A DNA stretch of 64,000 nucleotides, from IMG/VR virus record IMGVR_UViG_3300037483_001818; one strand, 5' to 3'. How positions within the stretch are numbered: position 1 is the stretch's first letter; each line of letters begins with the position of its first letter. This document shows, piece after piece, positions 10,311 through 21,120 of this stretch. The stretch comes from a virus. Taxonomy: Duplodnaviria > Heunggongvirae > Uroviricota > Caudoviricetes. The notes below the pieces were generated by a model that did not search any database, was not told where the DNA came from, and worked only from the letters and a program-made list of their open reading frames with translations. Position numbers and translations under genes: made by a program.

Positions 10311-10721
10311 GTGATGCGTAAATACCTTCCATCTGACACGTCAGTGACCTGTGACTGCGGCGCCACGCTCAGGAATGATGCTGAGCGTGCCGCCCATTTC
10401 GCCCAAACCGGACACGGCGACGGCTCCATACCGGAGGTGCGTGTGTCCTCGACATTCGCCAAGGATCAGCCCAAGGCCGGCGACACGATCTTGCACTGCG
10501 GTCACCTTGGTCGGAGCAAGTTCGCCCATTACCCCGCGCACTGGTTTAAGTTCGAAGGACCCCTCGGCTTCCAGCGGCCAGATGGTAGCCGCGGCGAGGC
10601 CGAGTGGTTCGCGGCCTGTGAGCCCTGCTTCATCAAGCATGGAGAAAAGGTCGCGAATCGCGTGTGCGGTGACGGCATCTGGATGGGTGATGAGCCGGCC
10701 ATCATGAAGGTAGAGAACTGA
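10311..10721 (+). CDS. Cys/His-rich hypothetical protein
   Basis: CDCG...HFAQTGH; CEPC. Confidence 0.65.
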   Translation: MMRKYLPSDTSVTCDCGATLRNDAERAAHFAQTGHGDGSIPEVRVSSTFAKDQPKAGDTILHCGHLGRSKFAHYPAHWFKFEGPLGFQRPDGSRGEAEWFAACEPCFIKHGEKVANRVCGDGIWMGDEPAIMKVEN

Positions 10722-10981
10722 TGCCGAGCGCCATTGATCAACGCCGTCTGCGGGACGGCGCAAACGCTCTGGACGTTTCTGCTCGGGCGGCCGAGACCCT
10801 CGACGAGGTTCGCGAGCAGCTGGAGATCGTCAGGACTGGAATCGCTGCGCTCCAGTCTCTCGATGATCTCGGGCCGCAGGCCAACGCACGGGCGTGTCAC
10901 GACGAGCAGACGCTGTGGAAGCGATTGAAGGTGCTCGAGACACGTCTCAAGGATCTCCAAGGAAAGGCGGCAAAAACGTGA
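10721..10981 (+). CDS. coiled-coil hypothetical protein
   Basis: Overlap chain. Confidence 0.6.
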   Translation: MPSAIDQRRLRDGANALDVSARAAETLDEVREQLEIVRTGIAALQSLDDLGPQANARACHDEQTLWKRLKVLETRLKDLQGKAAKT

Positions 10982-11553
10982 ACGATCAAGAGCAGAGCCT
11001 GCGGATCCTCGACAACGCGCTGCGGCGCATCGCGCATCGCGGCGACTGCGAATACGACGACGACGAGAAGAATCGTCCCAAGCCTTGCGATTGTCCACGC
11101 TGCGTCGCGGTGGCTGCGCTCGAAGCTTCTAAGAACTGGCGCTTTCACGGCTCGCACCACGAGCGGACGAAGAGCGGCCATTTCCCCCGCGAGGCGAAGA
11201 TGCAGGCTGTGTGGATGAAGCTTTCCAACAGCAATCAAGGAGGTCCTGATCATTTGCTGTCGAAGGGCATCTTGGACGACGATGGCCTCGCGCCGAGCGT
11301 CCGAGACTGGTACGTCGCGACGAGCGTGATCCAGTGGCTCGCGACCCCCGTCGGAATGACCGTGCTCGAAGGGGCCGGCTTCAAGTACACCCAGTGGGAG
11401 CAAGATCAGGCGGACGGTTCGATGTTGCAACGGCGGCAGGAGCGCGAGGCAAACGATGCGAAGCGCCGGGAGGGAGCGACGTACATGTGCAACGTACCGA
11501 TGTGCGGCGATTCTGGGGTGTGCGAGGAATGTCGCAAGCGAGGCGCGAAGTGA
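10978..11553 (+). CDS. hypothetical protein
   Basis: GTGA overlap; Cys clusters. Confidence 0.65.
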   Translation: MNDQEQSLRILDNALRRIAHRGDCEYDDDEKNRPKPCDCPRCVAVAALEASKNWRFHGSHHERTKSGHFPREAKMQAVWMKLSNSNQGGPDHLLSKGILDDDGLAPSVRDWYVATSVIQWLATPVGMTVLEGAGFKYTQWEQDQADGSMLQRRQEREANDAKRREGATYMCNVPMCGDSGVCEECRKRGAK

Positions 11554-11864
11554 AGATTGCGTCGCATCCGCACACCGTCACCGTCACGTTCGACATTGTT
11601 GAAGGGCTCGCGTTCGACAAGCGCGAGCTTGCCTTCTTACGCGCGATGGCGCGGCACTGCATTGAGACGCGCATGGTCGGAAGACTTGCATGTGTGCGGC
11701 TCGACGCCATTCTGGCGAAGGCGGGCGTTGATCTAGAGGTTGAAGGTCCTGTGTATGGGCTCTTCGAGGAAACACCGCCATGAACGTTCACGAAGAAAGA
11801 GTCTGGAAGCTCCTGGTCGCACTGGGCGCCTGCGCGCGTAGTGGGGAAGAAAGGACGTGCAAGC

Positions 11865-12218
11865 GTGACTGAATCCATTCCCGATCCGACGACCGTAGCG
11901 ATCACCGCCCTGAACGACGAGCGTGAGAAGCTTCGCGGCGAGGTCTCGCGGTTGGAAAAGGCGCTCGTAGGGGCCTACACCGACATCGAGGTTCTCAAAG
12001 CCGACCGCGACGCTACTGCACGCGGTCGTGACGAGGCAGTTTGTGAGCGCGACGCTGCCCGCACGGAGATCGAGCACGCCAAGAAGCACGGAGACACGAT
12101 GTTCGTCGCGGGCTACGACCAAGCTGTTGGCGAGATCCGTGACCACTTCAAAAAGGCCAGCGAGGTCGAGGTCGTTGCGGAGATCGAGAAGATCTGGTTC
12201 AAGAAAGGTACGCCGTGA
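11865..12218 (+). CDS. coiled-coil hypothetical protein
   Basis: AAGGA upstream; overlap with next gene. Confidence 0.6.
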   Translation: MTESIPDPTTVAITALNDEREKLRGEVSRLEKALVGAYTDIEVLKADRDATARGRDEAVCERDAARTEIEHAKKHGDTMFVAGYDQAVGEIRDHFKKASEVEVVAEIEKIWFKKGTP

Positions 12219-12490
12219 AGGCACTGACGAGAGGCGAGCGAGCGCGCACCGTGCTCTTGCTCCGTTGCGCGGCCGAGATCGCTGTTACGGGGGATCACAT
12301 CTTGGGGCCCGGTTGGTCGACGGCAACGCGGCTTGGCCTGGGGCGGCGTGAATGCGACCTTGCCGAATGCTTCGTGCGTCGGCTCGCGAAGAAAACGGGC
12401 AGAAATCCCGAGTGCTCTCGCGATCGTGACGAGTATGTCGCGACGGTGCTGGAGGCCGCGATCCTCGTCGAGGAGGGTTCGTGGTCGTGA
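12215..12490 (+). CDS. TRRER...GEWP family protein
   Basis: LTRGERARTVLLLRCAAE...VLEAAILVEEGSWS. Confidence 0.65.
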   Translation: MKALTRGERARTVLLLRCAAEIAVTGDHILGPGWSTATRLGLGRRECDLAECFVRRLAKKTGRNPECSRDRDEYVATVLEAAILVEEGSWS

Positions 12491-12846
12491 AGAAGCCCGC
12501 TATCACCGAAAAACAGTTTCATCAAATGGCCCGTCGTCACCAGGCGAAGCTCTCTCCAAAGCAGCGCGAGCTGCTGGCGCGGGCGATGCTCGGCGAAGAT
12601 TGTCAAATCCCCGAGCGCGCACACTACGAGAGATCAGGTCGTTTGTCCTTCGTCCAGCCGGCACGGCGCTGGTACGTCCCACCAGGTTACCTCGTGGTGG
12701 AAGGATCTGCCGAGTACAGCGCGTCGCGGTCGCTGGCGGCCAAGGGTCTGCTCAAGCACGATCATGTCCCGCAGTCGCCTGAGGTGCCGTACGGCCTTGG
12801 CGGCTACAGCATCACGGCGAAGGGGAAGAAGTTTCTTGTCGACTAA
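12481..12846 (+). CDS. winged-helix-like hypothetical protein
   Basis: SLAAKGLL...YSITAKGK pattern. Confidence 0.55.
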   Translation: MVVKKPAITEKQFHQMARRHQAKLSPKQRELLARAMLGEDCQIPERAHYERSGRLSFVQPARRWYVPPGYLVVEGSAEYSASRSLAAKGLLKHDHVPQSPEVPYGLGGYSITAKGKKFLVD

Positions 12847-13288
12847 AAGCCCAGAACCTCAAACTGACTTGATCGGCGCCCGCGTCGCCATTGTTCAGAC
12901 CATTGATCCGAATGATCAAGCATCCCATCGCTATGGTGTGCTCCGCGGCATTGTCCCCATCGATAAGTATCACGTTACCTACTTGATCCAGCTCGACGAT
13001 CCAGAAGGCTTCGTCGGACTCGGCAACGGCAGGCCGCTGCATCGCATCCTCGAAATCGGCAGCTTTGACGAAAGCTGTTACGTGATGCTCGATCCGCGGC
13101 ACCCCGGAACCGGCGCATGCAGGTCGATCAGCACTGAGGGACAGCGCCTCGCCGGGATCCTTGGCGCGATCGGGGAGTCGCTGTCGTCGGAGCAACTTGA
13201 GCGAATCAAGGCGGAGCTCACGATCGAGCAACAAATGTTGTTCATGGAGGTGATCGAAGTCGCCATGAAGCTAAGAAACCAGCCGTGA
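12836..13288 (+). CDS. hypothetical protein (start uncertain)
   Basis: Fills the chain. Confidence 0.5.
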   Translation: MSTKSPEPQTDLIGARVAIVQTIDPNDQASHRYGVLRGIVPIDKYHVTYLIQLDDPEGFVGLGNGRPLHRILEIGSFDESCYVMLDPRHPGTGACRSISTEGQRLAGILGAIGESLSSEQLERIKAELTIEQQMLFMEVIEVAMKLRNQP

Positions 13289-13827
13289 CCACGAACGCAG
13301 AGGCTGCATGGAGCGGACTTTGTCCGGCTGGTCAACACGGGCTCGATTACCGTGGTCAAGTTTGTGACCTGTGCGCGGCTACGTTCACCGTATGGCCCGA
13401 GGCCGGATCCGACGCCGACGCGAGGACCTTTCTGGCACCCACTGCGAAGCATGCTGCCGAGCAGCGCGCGAGAGAGGACTGGTTCGCCGGAGCGATGACC
13501 TGGCCGGTTTCCTACTGCGCGCGTGACAGCTTGACCGGCAACGTGTGGATGATCGACGTAACGATCGCGATGGAGCCAGCGTTCGTCACGCTCGATGCCC
13601 GAGAAATCCCGATATCGCCTGCCGTCCACGTCCTGTGGGGCGGACGCGTACTGTGCGAGGACCTACGGCTACGCCGTGTGCCGCGCGACTGGCCGGATGG
13701 CCATCGCTGGCTATCACTCAAGGACGTGGCAGACGGCGCAGAGCCTCCGCCGGATCGTTGTGAGTCGTGCTGGACCAAGGTGCCGAGGCTCGTCGAGGAG
13801 CTCTGGCAGATCGGAACGGACCGGTGA
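13285..13827 (+). CDS. Cys-rich hypothetical protein
   Basis: Overlap chain. Confidence 0.65.
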   Translation: MTTNAEAAWSGLCPAGQHGLDYRGQVCDLCAATFTVWPEAGSDADARTFLAPTAKHAAEQRAREDWFAGAMTWPVSYCARDSLTGNVWMIDVTIAMEPAFVTLDAREIPISPAVHVLWGGRVLCEDLRLRRVPRDWPDGHRWLSLKDVADGAEPPPDRCESCWTKVPRLVEELWQIGTDR

Positions 13828-15020
13828 GCGGTTACACGAAGCGCATGATGGCGATCGCGGCTGAGTGGCTCGCCGTCAACCCTGATCCGATGAGCCCATT
13901 TCTCACGGTTCCCGGACTCCACAAGAACAGCGCGGATGCAGACTACAGTGAAGCAGACGCGGATCTTGCACGTTACGGGCGCGTTGCACAGCAGGTCCCG
14001 ACTATCGCGCCGTATGTGGAAGAGTTGTTGCGTGCTTCGAAGGAGAGGGACGCTACGCGCAGCGATCTGCACGAGGCCGAATCGAAGCTAGAGGAATTCG
14101 TCAGCAAGGCGCCCACGCCGGGACATAACAAGTACGTAGCGGACGACATCCATCACGCGGACATCGGCCGCTGGTGCCTGATGTGGGCTCGTCAGGGCTA
14201 CAACGTGTTCGATCTGTCGCCAGACTTCACGGCGGCGATCCTTTTGACGGATGCGCGCGAGCTGGACATCTCGGACATTCGCTTGCCGTTCTCCGGGATG
14301 CTCCTGATGATTTCGGATGGCTTCGCCAAGGGCGCTGACGGTACGAGCTACAACAAGATCCACGTCACGGAGGTCCCGCGGCTTCATCGGACCATGCTCG
14401 AGGTCGGCGAGAAGATGTCCGACGTGCTCAAGGATCTGCCGCCGGCCAAAGTGTCCGAGGTCCTGAGTAACGTCAGTAAGACACCACCTACGAACAAGAG
14501 CCTCGTCGGAGACGACCCCAGCGACACGGTGATCCACATCTATGCGACCGACGGGACGCGGGTGCTCGAGACGTGGATCGAGCGCAAGGGATTGACGTGG
14601 GACGCTTTTGACGATCTGCCCGATACTGTCGTCGACGACGCTGATAAGCAGGCGCGTCACGCACTCCGTCAGATCGTGTTCGGCTCGATCGCGTACACCA
14701 ATGCGGTCGACGGCAGCCTGGAGGAGCGCTTCCACGCTCCACGCAAGCCGAGCAGCACTTCGAAACAGCGTGCGAAACACTGGACCCTCGGCCGTACGAT
14801 CATGATCGATCCGCAGCTCGTACGTGCGGTACGTCTTGGCTCGCGCGAGGTTTCGTTCCGGCTCAAGCACCGACATATCGTGCGCGGGCATTATCGGAAG
14901 CAAGCGCATGGGCCGGCACGATCGCTGCGCACGAGGATCTGGATTGTTCCGTTCTGGAGAGGTCCAGAAGAGGGGGCGGCGCTGGTGCACACCTACAAGC
15001 TCGACGAGACAAGCTCGTGA
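13824..15020 (+). CDS. large phage-type protein with C-terminal HxVRGH(W/Y)R...WIxPFWxG motif
   Basis: RHIVRGHYRKQAHGP...RIWIVPFWRGP. Confidence 0.75.
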   Translation: MSGYTKRMMAIAAEWLAVNPDPMSPFLTVPGLHKNSADADYSEADADLARYGRVAQQVPTIAPYVEELLRASKERDATRSDLHEAESKLEEFVSKAPTPGHNKYVADDIHHADIGRWCLMWARQGYNVFDLSPDFTAAILLTDARELDISDIRLPFSGMLLMISDGFAKGADGTSYNKIHVTEVPRLHRTMLEVGEKMSDVLKDLPPAKVSEVLSNVSKTPPTNKSLVGDDPSDTVIHIYATDGTRVLETWIERKGLTWDAFDDLPDTVVDDADKQARHALRQIVFGSIAYTNAVDGSLEERFHAPRKPSSTSKQRAKHWTLGRTIMIDPQLVRAVRLGSREVSFRLKHRHIVRGHYRKQAHGPARSLRTRIWIVPFWRGPEEGAALVHTYKLDETSS

Positions 15021-15265
15021 TGGACAAGATCAAACGCTACCTGGCTCTCGCGGATCAGGTGTTTCAGATCGCGGAGTCCGCGGTTCCCGCCAAGACGAAG
15101 TACGAGCTCATCTTCAGCGCCGACTTGAGTCGAGCGCTCGGGCAGCTATACGCGCTCGACTATTACGATCCCGACCTCTCGTACGAAGAGGATGTCGCGG
15201 CCTACGTCATGGTCCTGCATGAAAAGTGCGCGGAGTTTCGGCAGATCGTTGGAAACGGCCCATGA
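15017..15265 (+). CDS. hypothetical protein
   Basis: Overlap chain. Confidence 0.6.
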   Translation: MMDKIKRYLALADQVFQIAESAVPAKTKYELIFSADLSRALGQLYALDYYDPDLSYEEDVAAYVMVLHEKCAEFRQIVGNGP

Positions 15266-15915
15266 AAGAGTATCCGTCCATTCCCCAGAGTATCGGCACC
15301 GCTTTCCGCGAGATGCCCAACGCCTACGTCTTCGACAAGCTCGACGGATCGAACTTGCGTTTCGAGTGGACCAAGAAGAAGGGTTGGCACAAGTTCGGGA
15401 CGCGATCGCGACTGTTTGATCAGAACGACTGGCAGTTCGGTCGCGCGATCCCGCTCTTTCAGCGAACGCTCGCAGAGCCGCTCTCCAAGATCTTTGCCAG
15501 CCAGCGCTGGGATCAGTGCATCGTTTTCGCCGAGCATTGGGGCCCGAAAAGTTTCGCGGGCAATCACCACGAGCCTGTCACGAACAAACCACTCGATCCC
15601 GACGAGGCGATGCGGCTCGATCTGTTCGACGTGGCGCCGTACAAGCAGGGCATCCTCGGCCCCGCGGAGTTTGTGAAGCTGTTCGGTGAGCTGCCGTCTG
15701 CCAAATTCCTCGGTCGTTTCAACTGGACGCGTGGGTTTGTCGAGCGCGTGTGGAAGGGTGAGATTGAAGGCGTCACGTTCGAGGGTGTTGTCGGCAAGAC
15801 GGGGCACGGCAAGACGCACGATCTCGTGATGGCGAAGGCCAAGACGGCAGCGTGGATCGAGAAGATCAAGGCCCGCTACACGCCCGACGAGGCGGAGAGG
15901 ATCATGAGGTCATGA
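15262..15915 (+). CDS. RNA ligase-like nucleotidyltransferase (adenylation domain only)
   Basis: Motif I KLDGSN, FAEHWG, FDV, EGVV, KAK; N-terminal YPSI. Confidence 0.75.
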   Translation: MKEYPSIPQSIGTAFREMPNAYVFDKLDGSNLRFEWTKKKGWHKFGTRSRLFDQNDWQFGRAIPLFQRTLAEPLSKIFASQRWDQCIVFAEHWGPKSFAGNHHEPVTNKPLDPDEAMRLDLFDVAPYKQGILGPAEFVKLFGELPSAKFLGRFNWTRGFVERVWKGEIEGVTFEGVVGKTGHGKTHDLVMAKAKTAAWIEKIKARYTPDEAERIMRS

Positions 15916-16292
15916 GCAACGTGGAAAATGTCCTGGCAGTCATCGTCTGTGTTGCAACGGGTTACGGAATCGCCGCATTCGTAGGCTGGTACCGCCGCCA
16001 GGATCGCCGCCGCGGCGACGAGGCGTTTTCTCCTTCCGGCGTCTCCGTCGAGGTTGACTGCCGCGGCTGCGGCCAGTTCAACCGTGTGCCGAGTCAGCGG
16101 CTGCTCGATCGCCCGAAATGTGGTCGCTGTAAAGCGCTCCTCATGCCGCGCCGCCGCATCGTTCTGTGTCGTGTGCATCCAATGGACGGTCCGCTTCGCG
16201 CCGAGCTGGACACGCTCTGGAACGACGAAGCTCGGTTGTGGCAGCGCTTGGCCGACCATAGTGCGCTCAAGAATAAGGCAAGAGCCGAGTGA
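15912..16292 (+). CDS. membrane-anchored protein with thioredoxin-2-type zinc finger
   Basis: N-terminal TM segment; CRGCGQFNRVP...PKCGRCK; no WCGPC. Confidence 0.6.
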   Translation: MSNVENVLAVIVCVATGYGIAAFVGWYRRQDRRRGDEAFSPSGVSVEVDCRGCGQFNRVPSQRLLDRPKCGRCKALLMPRRRIVLCRVHPMDGPLRAELDTLWNDEARLWQRLADHSALKNKARAE

Positions 16293-16558
16293 AGACGTTG
16301 GCGCAGATTCTTGGGACGAGTAACAAGTCCATGCTCGAGGACGACATGCCCGAGCTGCGTGCAGGAGAGTCGTGCGACGTCGCACTCGACGGGCATCATC
16401 TCCGCGTGACGGCTACAAGCGAGCGGGGCTGCGATACCGGGAGGCGGCGTTATCGTGTCGAGTGCTTGACCTGTGCTGAGGTCGTGCATGAGGCGACGAC
16501 CGGCGCGTACGCGAACATGCGGAAACACATACGGGATGCGGCGGAGGTCGCGAAGTGA
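16289..16558 (+). CDS. hypothetical zinc-binding protein
   Basis: CLTC...H; overlap chain. Confidence 0.6.
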   Translation: MKTLAQILGTSNKSMLEDDMPELRAGESCDVALDGHHLRVTATSERGCDTGRRRYRVECLTCAEVVHEATTGAYANMRKHIRDAAEVAK

Positions 16559-16915
16559 TGCCATCTACGCCCCATAGTGAGGAGTGCTCCTGCTACGGCT
16601 GCACGATCGAGCGTCAGCGCGCTGGCATCCCGCAGCCAGATTGTTCCGCGGCGCCGTGCCAGCCACCGGATGCTTGCACGACGCATGGCCGGTGCTTGAT
16701 GCACAGCGAGTGGATCGACGAGGCCGTGTGCGATCCACCCAACGCGTGTGTGAACGGCATCTCGTGCGGGGCACACGGAGAATTGCGCTAGGTGCGATCG
16801 TGAGCGATCCCAGCACGAAGGAGGGCCGTGAGAATGCGGGCGGGCTGGCGATGACGCTCAAGGGCGCGGCGGAGACGACCCGCAACATCCGTGGCGAACT
16901 GGAAGGATCCAAACC

Positions 16916-17290
16916 GTGAAGTTCAAGATCGATCTGCGTACCGGAACGAAGCTCTCCGAGCATTTCACCAATCGACGCGACTGCTACAAGGTCGTCGAGG
17001 TGGACAACGTGCTCGGCTACATCGTAACGGGTGGTGGTCGCGAGAGTGCTGCCGCGGTGTTTCCGCGCTACCGTGCGGACATTCACGTGAAAGTAGGGAA
17101 GACCTGGCACATCGTGTCGTCCTACGAGCAGGGCGAGCGGCTCAACGACTATACGTTCCATGCCGATTATGAAGGCTGCACGTTCGCTACGATCGCGTCG
17201 CACGCGATCCGAGCCCTGGAAGAGCGGCAGCACGTCCGAGAGCTTGTGAAACAGGCCCGAGCGAAAAAGCCCCGGAAGAAGCCCCGGTGA
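16916..17290 (+). CDS. hypothetical protein
   Basis: Overlap chain. Confidence 0.65.
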   Translation: MKFKIDLRTGTKLSEHFTNRRDCYKVVEVDNVLGYIVTGGGRESAAAVFPRYRADIHVKVGKTWHIVSSYEQGERLNDYTFHADYEGCTFATIASHAIRALEERQHVRELVKQARAKKPRKKPR

Positions 17291-17294
17291 TGGC

Positions 17295-17603
17295 GTGAGC
17301 GTCTACGTCGATCGAGCGCGCAACGGCTACGGCCGCATGTTCATGTGTCACATGATCGCGGACACGCCCGACGAGCTTCATGCGATGGCGGATCAGATCG
17401 GCGTTGCTCGCCGCTGGTTTCAGACACCACCGAAGGCGAGCTTCTGGCACTACGACATCGCGCAGAGCAAGCGCGCTCTCGCGATCGTCGCTGGGGCAAT
17501 CGACTGCGACCGCAACGCATTTGTGACCGCGCTTCGTCGCATCCGCGAATCATGCGTGTTCGGCGACCTGCGTTCCAGCGTGGCAGGGCGTGGCCTGTCG
17601 TGA
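17295..17603 (+). CDS. DUF4031 family protein
   Basis: VYVD...MCHMIADTPDELHAMADQIGVARRWFQ...HYDIAQSKRALAI. Confidence 0.85.
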   Translation: MSVYVDRARNGYGRMFMCHMIADTPDELHAMADQIGVARRWFQTPPKASFWHYDIAQSKRALAIVAGAIDCDRNAFVTALRRIRESCVFGDLRSSVAGRGLS

Positions 17604-17620
17604 CCTGACAGGGACGCGCT

Positions 17621-18511
<891 letters not shown>

Positions 18512-18516
18512 GAAAT

Positions 18517-18545
18517 AACCTAGGCCGCTGCGCAGGATAGGGCAA
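18517..18545 (-). promoter_or_regulatory. sigma70-like promoter, probably leaderless
   Basis: TTGCCC-17 nt-TAGGTT-5 nt-ATG. Confidence 0.65.
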
Positions 18546-18565
18546 GAAAACGGCCTACTCTTTGG

Positions 18566-19207
18566 TTAGAGCAAGGTTACGATCGCACGGAACTTGTCCG
18601 CCAACGCACGCGCCTTTGCTGTGGGCTTTCGTCGGTCCCCAGCGGCGTCCATGAGTCCGAGCAGCCGTGCAGCCAACTTCTTCGGATCTGCATCAAGGGT
18701 CCATGTGCGACAGAACAGTTCGGTCGAGATCCTTTGCTCCGTCGCACGCCACTCGGTCTGAAGAGTCGGCACCGCGTTCCAGGTGTCCTCGTAGACGAGC
18801 TCCACGAGTCCGCCGTCCTCGTGCAAAAACACGAGGCTGCCGTCCTTGAACGGGTACCAGTACGACTTGCTGACATCCAGCGCAGTTGGCGTCTGGCTCG
18901 GTCCGGCTGCATTCGAGGATCGCTTTTCGGTCACGGAGGGCGTTAGAAGGAGCCCCCGCCAAGTCGCGAGGTGGCAAGCACTCGCAGGGATCGACTCGAA
19001 GATCTTCGGGCGTGTTCCGAGGGCGCGCACGGTCGGTCGCGCGAATTCGAGGATCTTGGTCACCAGAATGACCTGTGCTTTCAGCTTCTCAGCGTGCGCG
19101 TTCTCGGATTCGGCGTGCTCCGTCACGATGGAGGTGATCGCGTCGGCCATTGAATCGAGCACGCGGTGAAGCGCGGCGAGGTTCGCCTTCGTACCGTCGT
19201 CAGACAT
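18566..19207 (-). CDS. hypothetical protein
   Basis: 213-aa ORF co-oriented with the collagen gene. Confidence 0.7.
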   Translation of the reverse strand: MSDDGTKANLAALHRVLDSMADAITSIVTEHAESENAHAEKLKAQVILVTKILEFARPTVRALGTRPKIFESIPASACHLATWRGLLLTPSVTEKRSSNAAGPSQTPTALDVSKSYWYPFKDGSLVFLHEDGGLVELVYEDTWNAVPTLQTEWRATEQRISTELFCRTWTLDADPKKLAARLLGLMDAAGDRRKPTAKARALADKFRAIVTLL

Positions 19208-19502
19208 GAGGGACCCTTTCAGCGAGGTTTTTGCGGTGACTCAGCGTCTCCGCGAGAGCCAGTCTAGCAGATCTGCCCCGGCAACAACCGGGCGCTGGAC
19301 AACTGCCGTGTCATGCAAGACAATAGTTGCGTCCAATGATGCAGGAGCGCCGGAACCACCAGTTGACGATCCGCATACCGAAGAGGATCCGCGTCGCGAT
19401 CGACGCGCAAGCTACGCGCGAGCAGTGCACCGTCGCAGATATCGTCAACCACCTCTTCGCAGCGACGTACCCTGCCCGTGTTCCCAAGGAGCGTCGGCGT
19501 TG

Positions 19503-19754
19503 ATGCCACGCTACGTCTTCGACGAAGTCCGTGCGGCTTTGCAGCAGCACTGGGGACTGTCGCTGTATCGCGGCGGTGAGCTGACCGATCTCGGGCGCGA
19601 CGGTCGCTGGGACGTCACGTATAGCAAGACCGGCTATGTCATAGGCGGTCAATGGCCTAGGGGTGGACACGGCTACCGTCGTTTCAGCTCGCTTGGTTCC
19701 GTCGTGAAGAGTTTCGAGCTGGCGAAGATCATCGAGGAACAACATCGTGGCTGA
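19503..19754 (+). CDS. hypothetical protein
   Basis: AAGGAG upstream of ATG. Confidence 0.55.
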   Translation: MPRYVFDEVRAALQQHWGLSLYRGGELTDLGRDGRWDVTYSKTGYVIGGQWPRGGHGYRRFSSLGSVVKSFELAKIIEEQHRG

Positions 19755-20061
19755 GCAGAATCGCTACATCCGTGCTCGTGAGCAAGCAGGTCTCAGCACC
19801 GGGCAGGCCGCACGCCTTTTGGGCGTAGCGGTGATCGAGTTGACGCTCGTCGAGAATGCCCAGCAATCGGTGCATTCGATCACGAGCGAGCGGATGGCGG
19901 ATCTCTATGGATGCGCCGTCGAATGGCTCACCGGGCAGGTGCCGTACCTCGACTATGCGGCGGTAGATCGCATTCCCGGTGCACGTGATCTGCCGTTCCG
20001 TGATCGCGACTGGCTCGCCGAGCTGCTCGCCGCGAGGCCGCGGAGGATCTATGAAGACTAG
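19747..20061 (+). CDS. XRE-family HTH protein
   Basis: IRAREQAGLSTGQAARLLGV...VEN...MADLYGCAVEWLTG. Confidence 0.8.
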   Translation: MAEQNRYIRAREQAGLSTGQAARLLGVAVIELTLVENAQQSVHSITSERMADLYGCAVEWLTGQVPYLDYAAVDRIPGARDLPFRDRDWLAELLAARPRRIYED

Positions 20062-20151
20062 CCGATACAGCGTTTGGCACGACATCCAAGAACACCGCGC
20101 GAGCAAGGACGGTGTTGGATGCATTGAAATTGCGAAAGTGGCGGCGCGCTG

Positions 20152-20433
20152 ATGCCAAACTGCTTTCAACTCTTGCGCGATGGCGCCGCGGTTCCGCTCG
20201 CCGTCATCGATGAGGAGATGTGTCGTCACTTCGAGGCGCCGTGCTATCCGACGCACTACTACGAATCCTGGTACGACGCGATCGGCTTTGAACTCGCGAT
20301 GGGGCGAACCTTCGATCAGATCAGGGCGACGCTCGCCGAGTACCCGCAGCTCGTCAAGATCGCCAACTGGCTAGAACAACACTTTGCCGTGAGTTCCTGG
20401 CATGAACGAAAAGGCTACGAGAGAAATCCATAG
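20152..20433 (+). CDS. hypothetical protein
   Basis: TGATG overlap. Confidence 0.6.
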   Translation: MPNCFQLLRDGAAVPLAVIDEEMCRHFEAPCYPTHYYESWYDAIGFELAMGRTFDQIRATLAEYPQLVKIANWLEQHFAVSSWHERKGYERNP

Positions 20434-20685
20434 TGCTGCGCGCTAACCGGATAGGCATGGTGGTTGGATGATCGGGCGCGTTGTCGACCTCGTGGAAGAG
20501 CTGCGCGGCCTTCGTCCTGCGAGCCCAGCGACTGGCCAGCGGCACACGTCCGTGCAGCAGGAGACGTCCCGTGGGATCATGCTCCGCTTCCTCGGTTGGC
20601 CGTGCGAGTGCGAGACGCCGGAGGTCGGGGGTTGCGTGTACCCGGGCCTCGGCTGGCGATGCGGGCATCGGAGGCGGAGGTAGCG

Positions 20686-21120
20686 ATGGATTTGCCGATG
20701 GATTGCCCGATCTGTGGGCGCCGTCGTCTTGAGCTGATCGGCGGCATGATCGTGCGCTGCGAGAAGTGTACGACGTCGAGTGAATGTGACGGCTTTTGCT
20801 TGGAGCGTTACGCCGAGGTCGCCGACGAGATCCGGGCACGAGCGACAGCTGCGGCGGCTGAGGTGCATGTTGCACCCATGCTTAACACCCAGGGAGCCCG
20901 AATGCTGACCGCCGAAACGATCACCGACGCGCAGATCCGCGAGCTACGCGCCTCCGTGCTCTACAACTGCACCCCGTTCGAATCGAAGACCGACGAGGAA
21001 ACCGAACTGCTGGATCTCTGCGAGGTCGCGCTCTACGCACTCCATGAGGCTCTGGGCTCCCAGAAGTACAAGGCTCGCGCCCGCTGCGCCAAGATCCTCA
21101 ACGCTCGTAATGGGCACTAA
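20686..21120 (+). CDS. Zn-ribbon plus ITDAQIREL-type helical module
   Basis: GGAGG SD; CPIC...CEKC; C-terminal half similar to 34347-34583. Confidence 0.6.
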   Translation: MDLPMDCPICGRRRLELIGGMIVRCEKCTTSSECDGFCLERYAEVADEIRARATAAAAEVHVAPMLNTQGARMLTAETITDAQIRELRASVLYNCTPFESKTDEETELLDLCEVALYALHEALGSQKYKARARCAKILNARNGH

